12,106 nucleotides of DNA from a virus (lineage: Duplodnaviria; Heunggongvirae; Uroviricota; Caudoviricetes). Positions 1 through 5,630 of this stretch are shown here, piece by piece; position 1 is the first letter of the stretch, and every line of letters starts with the position of its first letter. The translations under genes and the position numbers were made by a program. Below the pieces are notes generated by a model. The model had not been told where the DNA came from. It ran no database searches and was given only the letters and a program-made list of their open reading frames with translations. The stretch lies in the IMG/VR virus record IMGVR_UViG_2744054964_000001. The stretch is one strand, 5' to 3'.

Positions 1-1254
1 ATGCTGGAACAAATGGGCATTGCCGCGAAGCAAGCCTCGTATAAATTAGCGCAACTCTCCAGCCGCGAAAAAAATCGCGTGCTGGAAAAAATCGCCGATG
101 AACTGGAAGCACAAAGCGAAATCATCCTCAACGCTAACGCCCAGGATGTTGCTGACGCGCGAGCCAATGGCCTTAGCGAAGCGATGCTTGACCGTCTGGC
201 ACTGACGCCCGCACGGCTGAAAGGCATTGCCGACGATGTACGTCAGGTGTGCAACCTCGCCGATCCGGTGGGGCAGGTAATCGATGGCGGCGTACTGGAC
301 AGCGGCCTGCGTCTTGAGCGTCGTCGCGTACCGCTGGGGGTTATTGGCGTGATTTATGAAGCGCGCCCGAACGTGACGGTTGATGTCGCTTCGCTGTGCC
401 TGAAAACCGGTAATGCGGTGATCCTGCGCGGTGGCAAAGAAACGTGTCGCACTAACGCTGCAACGGTGGCGGTGATTCAGGACGCCCTGAAATCCTGCGG
501 CTTACCGGCGGGTGCCGTGCAGGCGATTGATAATCCTGACCGTGCGCTGGTCAGTGAAATGCTGCGTATGGATAAATACATCGACATGCTGATCCCGCGT
601 GGTGGCGCTGGTTTGCATAAACTGTGCCGTGAACAGTCGACAATCCCGGTGATCACAGGTGGTATAGGCGTATGCCATATTTACGTTGATGAAAGTGTAG
701 AGATCGCTGAAGCATTAAAAGTGATCGTCAACGCGAAAACTCAGCGTCCGAGCACATGTAATACGGTTGAAACGTTGCTGGTGAATAAAAACATCGCCGA
801 TAGCTTCCTGCCCGCATTAAGCAAACAAATGGCGGAAAGCGGCGTGACATTACACGCAGATGCAGCTGCACTGGCGCAGTTGCAGGCAGGCCCTGCGAAG
901 GTGGTTGCTGTTAAAGCCGAAGAGTATGACGATGAGTTTCTGTCATTAGATTTGAACGTCAAAATCGTCAGCGATCTTGACGATGCCATCGCCCATATTC
1001 GTGAACACGGCACACAACACTCCGATGCGATCCTGACCCGCGATATGCGCAACGCCCAGCGTTTTGTTAACGAAGTGGATTCGTCCGCTGTTTACGTTAA
1101 CGCCTCTACGCGTTTTACCGACGGCGGCCAGTTTGGTCTGGGTGCGGAAGTGGCGGTAAGCACACAAAAACTCCACGCGCGTGGCCCAATGGGGCTGGAA
1201 GCACTGACCACTTACAAGTGGATCGGCATTGGTGATTACACCATTCGTGCGTAA
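1..1254 (+). CDS. proA: gamma-glutamyl phosphate reductase (glutamate-5-semialdehyde dehydrogenase)
   Basis: Full-length 417-aa ORF ending at TAA 1252-1254. I recognise the sequence as enterobacterial ProA, with an aldehyde-dehydrogenase-type catalytic Cys motif [12 protein letters not shown]. Its position directly upstream of thrW matches the E. coli proBA-thrW locus. Confidence 0.97.
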
Positions 1255-1260
1255 ATAAAA

Positions 1261-1323
1261 CCGGGTGATGCAAAAGTAGCCATTTGATTCACAAGGCCAT
1301 TGACGCATCACCCGGTTAGTTTT
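1261..1323 (+). terminator. putative proBA terminator (long-loop hairpin plus T-rich tail)
   Basis: An 11-bp perfect inverted repeat, CCGGGTGATGC (1261-1271) / GCATCACCCGG (1305-1315), is followed by TTAGTTTT. It starts 7 nt after the proA stop. The 33-nt loop is large, so confidence is moderate. Confidence 0.5.
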
Positions 1324-1368
1324 AACCTTGTCCACCGTGATTCACGTTCGTGAACATGTCCTTTCAGG

Positions 1369-1444
1369 GCCGATATAGCTCAGTTGGTAGAGCAGCGCAT
1401 TCGTAATGCGAAGGTCGTAGGTTCGACTCCTATTATCGGCACCA
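1369..1444 (+). tRNA. thrW: tRNA-Thr (anticodon CGU)
   Basis: 76-nt cloverleaf folded by hand. Acceptor stem GCCGATA/TATCGGC, D stem GCTC/GAGC, anticodon loop TTCGTAA (CGT), T arm GTAGG-TTCGACT-CCTAT, encoded CCA end. It matches my memory of E. coli thrW. Confidence 0.97.
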
Positions 1445-1461
1445 TTCAAACATCTCCCCAA

Positions 1462-1545
1462 GTCTACTAAAGTCTTTCAAAACCCCTTATAATCCGCGTA
1501 TTAAAGCCCCGTTCGTCTTTTGACGTCTACTAAAGTCCCTCAAAA
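1462..1545 (+). repeat. pair of 21-bp direct repeats (possible integrase arm-type sites in attL)
   Basis: GTCTACTAAAGTCTTTCAAAA (1462-1482) and GTCTACTAAAGTCCCTCAAAA (1525-1545) match at 19/21 positions with starts 63 bp apart. They lie between the tRNA and int. Confidence 0.5.
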
Positions 1546-1556
1546 TCTACGGTCAG

Positions 1557-1608
1557 ATGGGGGTACTTATGGGGGTATTTGCTGTTCGGTTTAGTGGAGG
1601 TACCCCCA
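1557..1608 (+). promoter_or_regulatory. ATGGGGGTA x2 direct repeats plus inverted copy TACCCCCA bracketing the int Shine-Dalgarno
   Basis: ATGGGGGTA occurs at 1557-1565 and 1569-1577. TACCCCCA at 1601-1608 is the reverse complement of TGGGGGTA. The GGAGG SD (1596-1600) and GTG start (1610) sit inside or next to the potential stem. Confidence 0.4.
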
Positions 1609-1609
1609 A

Positions 1610-2824
1610 GTGAAACTCAATGCCCGTCAAATAGACACAGCCAAGCCAAAAGAGAAGGCTTACAAGCTGGCCGATGGTGGCGGTTTGTATCTCTTGGTAA
1701 AACCTAATGGAGGTAAATACTGGCGACTTAAATATCGTGTAGCTGGTAAAGAGAAGCTATTGGCACTAGGTGTGTATCCTGAGGTTACTCTAGCCGATGC
1801 GCGAGCTAAACGTGAAGATGCGAAAAGGGGTATCGCTGGTGGTATCGATCCGATGGAAGCGAAACGAGAGGAAAAGATTGCCCGGGAAACGCAGTTAAAC
1901 AACACCTTCAAAGATATTGCCCTTGAGTGGCACAGCAGCAAATTAAAAAAATGGTCTGCTGGTTATGCTTCAGACATCCTCGAAGCCTTCAACAAAGATG
2001 TGTTCCCTTACATTGGCAAAAAACCAATCGCCGAAATCAAACCACTTGAACTTCTGAATGTGCTGCGGCGCATCGAGGGGCGCGGTGCTACAGAAAAAGC
2101 CAAAAAAGTGAGGCAGCGGTGCGGGGAAGTTTTCCGCTATGCAATAGTCACTGGTCGCGCAGAGTATAACCCTGCACCAGACCTTACTAGCGCGATGCAA
2201 GGTCATGAATCTAATCATTACCCTTTCCTTACAGCCAAAGAATTACCTGATTTTTTCAAGGCATTGTCCAGTTACTCAGGAAGCGCATTGGTTGTTATGG
2301 CGGCTCGTCTACTGATTATCACCGGCTTGCGGACTGGCGAACTACGTGGCGCATTATGGGATGAAATTGATTTCAACAAGGCTATCTGGGAGATACCCGC
2401 TTCACGTATGAAAATGCGGCGGCCTCATATTGTGCCATTGTCTGAGCAGGCTCTTTCGCTTATTGGGAAGATTAGAGAAATAACAGGCAATTACCCTCTT
2501 ATGTTTCCCGGGCGCAATGATCCAAGGAAAACAATGAGCGAGGCCAGCATAAACCAAGTGTTTAAGCGCATTGGCTACGCTGGACGTGTAACTGGTCATG
2601 GGTTCCGGCACACTATGAGTACGATTTTGCATGAGCAGGGCTATAACACTGCGTGGATAGAAACGCAGCTCGCTCACGTTGATAAGAACTCAATTCGTGG
2701 CACATACAACCATGCGCAATATCTGGATGGAAGGCGGGAGATGCTTCAATGGTATGCCGACTATATGGATTCTCTCGAGCATGGCGGAAATGTGGTGCAT
2801 ATGGTGTTTGAAAAACACGCATGA
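1610..2824 (+). CDS. int: P4-family tyrosine integrase
   Basis: 404-aa ORF with a GTG start 9 nt after GGAGG. The N-terminus is typical of P4-like integrases (KLADGGGLYLLVKPNGGKYWRLKYR...LALGVYPEVTLADAR). The catalytic signature is present: TGLRTGEL, HGFRHT, RGTYNHAQY. It is adjacent to the tRNA. Confidence 0.95.
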   Translation: MKLNARQIDTAKPKEKAYKLADGGGLYLLVKPNGGKYWRLKYRVAGKEKLLALGVYPEVTLADARAKREDAKRGIAGGIDPMEAKREEKIARETQLNNTFKDIALEWHSSKLKKWSAGYASDILEAFNKDVFPYIGKKPIAEIKPLELLNVLRRIEGRGATEKAKKVRQRCGEVFRYAIVTGRAEYNPAPDLTSAMQGHESNHYPFLTAKELPDFFKALSSYSGSALVVMAARLLIITGLRTGELRGALWDEIDFNKAIWEIPASRMKMRRPHIVPLSEQALSLIGKIREITGNYPLMFPGRNDPRKTMSEASINQVFKRIGYAGRVTGHGFRHTMSTILHEQGYNTAWIETQLAHVDKNSIRGTYNHAQYLDGRREMLQWYADYMDSLEHGGNVVHMVFEKHA

Positions 2825-2830
2825 AACAAC

Positions 2831-2859
2831 TGGACAAGTATACAGAGGTTTACTAAAGT
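2831..2859 (+). promoter_or_regulatory. weak candidate sigma70 promoter upstream of the nut-like array
   Basis: TGGACA (2831-2836), a 17-bp spacer, then TAAAGT (2854-2859). This is a consensus-by-eye match only. Read-through from int is an alternative transcript source. Confidence 0.25.
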
Positions 2860-2894
2860 ATAAGGGAGTAGATTGATAAAAACTCACAGAGGAT

Positions 2895-2925
2895 TGCTAT
2901 TTAACAGTTAGCCATGGAGAAGGGC
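2895..2925 (+). promoter_or_regulatory. boxA-like motif + degenerate lambda nutL-type boxB
   Basis: TGCTATTTAACAG (2895-2907) matches rrn boxA TGCTCTTTAACAA at 11/13. After 3 nt comes GCCATGGAGAAGGGC (2911-2925), a 13/15 match to lambda nutL boxB GCCCTGAAGAAGGGC. One mismatch breaks a stem pair. Confidence 0.45.
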
Positions 2926-2928
2926 AAT

Positions 2929-2958
2929 TGCTCTTTTAACAACGAAGATGGAATCTTC
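2929..2958 (+). promoter_or_regulatory. boxA-like motif + 15-nt boxB-format hairpin
   Basis: TGCTCTTTTAACAA (2929-2942) is rrn boxA with one extra T. After 1 nt comes GAAGA-TGGAA-TCTTC (2944-2958), a 5-bp stem with a pentaloop. Confidence 0.5.
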
Positions 2959-2962
2959 TACG

Positions 2963-2991
2963 CAGCTGAAAAGCTGGATGCTCTTTAACAG
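2963..2991 (+). promoter_or_regulatory. GAAA-tetraloop hairpin + near-consensus boxA
   Basis: Hairpin CAGCT-GAAA-AGCTG (2963-2976), then 2 nt, then TGCTCTTTAACAG (2979-2991), a 12/13 match to rrn boxA. Nine nt further on is the hairpin CTTTCCT-GATGC-AGGAAAG (3001-3019). Confidence 0.55.
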
Positions 2992-3076
2992 CCTTTGGTG
3001 CTTTCCTGATGCAGGAAAGAATAGGGATACATGCACCTTTACAATGCATGTAATGATTCATCCATGAGGCTGCGGA

Positions 3077-3107
3077 GCGCTGACAAAGCGCAATTGCTCT
3101 TTAACAT
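3077..3107 (+). promoter_or_regulatory. P22-type boxB hairpin + near-consensus boxA
   Basis: GCGCTGACAAAGCGC (3077-3091) has a 5-bp stem and a GACAA pentaloop. From memory it is identical to the P22 boxB RNA used in N-peptide structural work. After AAT comes TGCTCTTTAACAT (3095-3107), a 12/13 match to rrn boxA. The 24-nt unit 3077-3100 is repeated exactly at 3190-3213. Confidence 0.6.
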
Positions 3108-3115
3108 TGATGTGG

Positions 3116-3185
3116 GCGGGATGGTTCATCCCGCAGTGACCGATAGATTTCTATCGGGAAACATACAATGATTCAAATATGAATC
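3116..3185 (+). promoter_or_regulatory. three consecutive short hairpins
   Basis: GCGGGAT-GGTTC-ATCCCGC (3116-3134), CCGATAG-ATTT-CTATCGG (3140-3157) and GATTCA-AATA-TGAATC (3170-3185). All stems are perfect. Confidence 0.45.
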
Positions 3186-3189
3186 TACG

Positions 3190-3244
3190 GCGCTGACAAA
3201 GCGCAATTGCTCTCTTGCCTGCCCACCATGCCCTGAAAAAGGGC
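3190..3244 (+). promoter_or_regulatory. second P22-type boxB + degenerate boxA + exact lambda nutR boxB
   Basis: GCGCTGACAAAGCGC (3190-3204), then AAT, then TGCTCTCTT (3208-3216, a degenerate boxA). After a 13-nt spacer comes GCCCTGAAAAAGGGC (3230-3244), which is 15/15 identical to lambda nutR boxB. Confidence 0.7.
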
Positions 3245-3265
3245 GTTCTTTAAAACTACTGGATG

Positions 3266-3300
3266 TCACGCCTAATAGCGTGATCCTGCCGAAATGCAGG
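3266..3300 (+). promoter_or_regulatory. two further hairpins with hexaloops
   Basis: TCACGC-CTAATA-GCGTGA (3266-3283). Its hexaloop starts CUAA, like my recollection of the phi21 boxB loop CUAACC; this link is tentative. The second hairpin is CCTGC-CGAAAT-GCAGG (3285-3300). Confidence 0.35.
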
Positions 3301-3354
3301 GTAGCTCTACCCTTGTGGAGCAAACAAACCAAAACAATCTGACTATCTTTTATA

Positions 3355-3389
3355 AAAGACCGCAATATGTTTTTCATATTGTGGTCTTT
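3355..3389. terminator. 15-bp-stem hairpin (possible bidirectional terminator or operator) upstream of alpA
   Basis: AAAGACCGCAATATG-TTTTT-CATATTGTGGTCTTT pairs over 15 bp with one G-U. An A tract lies 5' and a short T tract 3'. It sits 87 bp upstream of the alpA ATG and is preceded by a 20-nt G-free C/A tract (3321-3340). Confidence 0.4.
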
Positions 3390-3475
3390 GGCGTATTCGA
3401 CATTTGACGCAAATAAAACTCTCGCCATTCGTTGCAGGAGGGGGTTATTGCGTCATTAGTACAGGATATTAATAA

Positions 3476-3679
3476 ATGGCTAATTACAATTCATTAATTC
3501 GTCTCTCTGAAGTTCAAAGGCGAACTGGTTATAGCAAAGCATGGATTTATCGTCTTATTAGTCAGGGGAGGTTCCCTAAACAGGTAAAAATTGGAAGTCG
3601 GGCAATTGCTTTTGTTGAGTCTGAAATAGATGAATGGATTGAGAAGTGTATATTAGAATCTAGAGACGAGGTGGCCTGA
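3476..3679 (+). CDS. alpA: AlpA-family (Vis-like) DNA-binding regulator / excisionase
   Basis: 67-aa ORF with the typical AlpA pattern LIRLSEVQRRTGYSKAWIYRLISQGRFPKQVKIGSRAIAFVESEIDEWI. It is the first gene of the island operon, and its stop overlaps the next start by 1 nt. Confidence 0.9.
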   Translation: MANYNSLIRLSEVQRRTGYSKAWIYRLISQGRFPKQVKIGSRAIAFVESEIDEWIEKCILESRDEVA

Positions 3680-4110
3680 TGGAAAAGAAAAACCGCCCAT
3701 TACAGGCGGCTAACTCAGATATTCGCACGTCTGATATTACGCCGACCACCAGCCCGGTACAAGTACCTAGGCGTACCCCAAAGAAACACCGCGCCCGCGT
3801 CTATATGCTGCGTACTGGTATAGAGGGATGGACAGAAAACGACATTCTTCGCTACTGCCGTCTGTCTTCTGGTCGTAACTATGCAACAGAGTTAGAACGC
3901 CAGCTTGGAATCACTCTGGAGCGTATCGACGAAAAGAATCCTGATGGTATCGGAACACACCTTCGCTACCGTTTCTCCTGCCGTGGTGATGTTCTGAAAG
4001 TGATCACTCATGTTAACCATCTTGCGAACATAAATGATCACAACGGACTTTCTCAGCAGGAAATTGCCGACATTCTGAAACTCTACCCGGACGCGTTTAA
4101 CGCCGCCTAA
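3679..4110 (+). CDS. hypothetical protein (basic, probably disordered N-terminus)
   Basis: 143-aa ORF translationally coupled to alpA (TGATG overlap). I recognise no domain. Confidence 0.7.
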   Translation: MEKKNRPLQAANSDIRTSDITPTTSPVQVPRRTPKKHRARVYMLRTGIEGWTENDILRYCRLSSGRNYATELERQLGITLERIDEKNPDGIGTHLRYRFSCRGDVLKVITHVNHLANINDHNGLSQQEIADILKLYPDAFNAA

Positions 4111-4122
4111 CGGAGACTGAAA

Positions 4123-4956
4123 ATGAACATCGAAAAAAGCAGATTAATTTCTGAGGCCGCCCCTCATCTGAACGCCTATCAGGGAACAATTAACGGTAAT
4201 GAATTTGCCGCAATTGTCCCGGTTATTCCTGGTCATATCGGTGGGCGTGAAACCAATATTGTTAGCGCAAAAGCGTTACACAAAGCGTTGGGCGTGGGAA
4301 AAGACTTCTCTACATGGATCGCTGATCGCATCTCTGAATATGACTTCACCATTGGGCACGATTACTCAGTCCATAAAACAATTTCCCCAAATCTGGGGAA
4401 AAGCCCGAATGGCGCGGCTTACAGCAAGATTAAACAGTCTGGCAGACCCGGCAAAGACTATCTGTTAAGTGTCGGAATGGCGAAAGAACTGGCAATGATC
4501 GAACGCAATGATCAGGGGCGTGCTATCCGTCGTTATTTCATCCAGTGCGAGGAAGAATTACAGCGTAGCGTGCCTGAAATCGCCGCCCGCTATCGTCGCC
4601 AGCTAAAAGCCCGTATCAGTGCCGCAAACAACTTTAAGCCAATGTGCGATGCGCTGAATATGGCCCGTGCCGAGATGGGTAAAGCGACGCAGCAGCGCCA
4701 CTACAGCAACGAGAGCAACATGATCGCCCGTATCGTGCTGGGTGGCATGACGGCGAAGCAGTGGGCGCAGGCAAATGGCATTACTGGCGAACCACGGGAC
4801 AGCATGAACGCAGCACAGCTTGAACACCTCGCCTATCTCGAAAGCACCAATATCACGTTAATTGATATGGGCATGGAATATGAGCAGCGCAAAGGAGAAC
4901 TCACCCGCCTGTCGCAACGCTGGCTCGCTAAACGTCTGGAGGTAAACCATGCGTAA
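4123..4956 (+). CDS. phage antirepressor-like protein (AntA/AntB N-terminal domain + KilAC-type C-terminal region)
   Basis: 277-aa ORF with a GGAG SD. The AntA-like segment is SAKALHKALGVGKDFSTWIADRISEYDFTIGHDY. The KilAC/ANT-like segment is DYLLSVGMAKELAMIERNDQGRAIRRYFIQCEEEL. Confidence 0.8.
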   Translation: MNIEKSRLISEAAPHLNAYQGTINGNEFAAIVPVIPGHIGGRETNIVSAKALHKALGVGKDFSTWIADRISEYDFTIGHDYSVHKTISPNLGKSPNGAAYSKIKQSGRPGKDYLLSVGMAKELAMIERNDQGRAIRRYFIQCEEELQRSVPEIAARYRRQLKARISAANNFKPMCDALNMARAEMGKATQQRHYSNESNMIARIVLGGMTAKQWAQANGITGEPRDSMNAAQLEHLAYLESTNITLIDMGMEYEQRKGELTRLSQRWLAKRLEVNHA

Positions 4957-5131
4957 CCATAATCCGATGCCGGGAAGCCGTTACAAGGATTCGCACGGGG
5001 CTGTAGTGACCGTTGAGCGCGTCGAGCATAACCGAGTGACCTTTTACCGCGAGGGCTATCAGTCGCCATGTGTTCAGCCTTTGGAGAGATTCGTTAATGA
5101 GTTCGTGGAGGTGCGCCGTGATACTGAATGA
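4949..5131 (+). CDS. small DUF4222-like protein
   Basis: 60-aa ORF with a GGAGG SD and an ATGCGTAA start/stop overlap with the upstream gene. The pattern YKDSHGAVVTVERVEHNRVTFYREGY resembles DUF4222 family members as I remember them. Confidence 0.65.
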   Translation: MRNHNPMPGSRYKDSHGAVVTVERVEHNRVTFYREGYQSPCVQPLERFVNEFVEVRRDTE

Positions 5132-5171
5132 ACCTGCCGCCCAGAAAGAAGCCTTTAATCTGGCTGGCATG

Positions 5172-5187
5172 TTGTCAAAAGTTGACA
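5172..5187. promoter_or_regulatory. 16-bp palindromic motif TTGTCAAAAGTTGACA (copy 1 of 2)
   Basis: The structure is TGTCAA-N3-TTGACA. It matches 10615-10630 (TTGTCAAAACTTGACA) at 15/16. It contains the TTGACA -35 consensus but I found no good -10 partner. Confidence 0.45.
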
Positions 5188-5419
5188 TCTGCAACCTTAC
5201 AAAACCTGATATTGATACCGCAGCGCCTGGAGTTCCGTTACCAGTACGCGAGGCGCTTACCCTCAACAAAAAGATGGTGAGCCGTGCACAGGGAAAACTC
5301 TTAAAGGGTTACGGTTTTATCTGGTATGACCACCTAGCAGAGAAAAGCTGTTATAGTCCAAGCGTTGCTGCAAAATCAGCAACCGGGCGTGAGAACCCGA
5401 ACACACTCAGGGCGACACA

Positions 5420-5441
5420 GACGCCGAAAGCGTCTTTTTTT
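5420..5441 (+). terminator. candidate intrinsic terminator inside the leader of the icd-like gene
   Basis: GACGC-CGAAA-GCGTC followed by seven T residues (5435-5441). The stem is short (5-6 bp), so confidence is moderate. Confidence 0.5.
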
Positions 5442-5466
5442 GTGTCCATTCACTACGCACATCAAA

Positions 5467-5603
5467 TCAGCGGACTTACCCGTACTGTATCAATGGTGGC
5501 GTTAGTGGGGCTACGTTCGCGTAGGCCGGTTTCCTTTGTGTCCGGTATTCTCACCCCCGCTGACGTCACCGCCAATTCAGAGCGTGAGAACTCAGGCGGT
5601 GAC
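5467..5603 (+). ncRNA. structured RNA region resembling the P4 CI / P1 C4 immunity-RNA locus ('ash' region); ends not determined
   Basis: A closing stem TCAGCGG (5467-5473) / CCGCTGA (5557-5563) encloses two hairpins: a UUCG-tetraloop hairpin CTACG-TTCG-CGTAG (5511-5524) and CCGG-loop-CCGG (5526-5545). A 9-bp stem follows, GTCACCGCC (5565-5573) / GGCGGTGAC (5595-5603). The conceptual translation (MVALVGLRSRRPVSFVSGILTP) resembles 'Ash family protein' annotations, which overlie the P4 cI RNA gene. Confidence 0.45.
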
Positions 5604-5630
5604 TCCTTAAACACAAAGGAGGCTGCCATA

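Larger units (their letters stand above)
2895..3300 (+). promoter_or_regulatory. array of nut-like antitermination elements (boxA-like motifs interleaved with boxB-type hairpins)
   Basis: No plausible + strand ORF. There are at least 5 boxA-like motifs and at least 12 short hairpins, all co-oriented with int and alpA. Individual elements are listed below. Confidence 0.7.

Noticed and set aside
741-1335. Minus-strand ORFs 741..1052 and 946..1335, antisense to proA
   Set aside because: They lie entirely or mostly inside the well-supported proA CDS and its terminator. They have no SD and low-complexity composition, typical of antisense shadow ORFs.
1341-1354. Palindrome TTCACGTTCGTGAA just upstream of thrW
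   Set aside because: It lies in core chromosomal sequence in the probable thrW promoter region. It is short, and I have no basis to assign a function beyond native tRNA promoter context.
1660-2887. Minus-strand ORFs antisense to int (1660..1941, 1970..2218, 2402..2677, 2613..2837, 2690..2887) and the + ORF 2679..2876
   Set aside because: All overlap the integrase CDS in other frames. No ribosome-binding sites or recognisable motifs.
3126-3428. 100-aa minus-strand ORF in the int-alpA leader
   Set aside because: It runs antisense across the hairpin/boxA array and the 15-bp hairpin. It has no SD, an implausible composition, and the repeated RNA-like elements explain the region better.
4199-5269. 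Alternative-frame and antisense ORFs (4199..4468 +, 4603..4827 -, 4833..5069 -, 4928..5269 -)
   Set aside because: They are nested in the antirepressor-like and DUF4222-like genes, without start-site signals.
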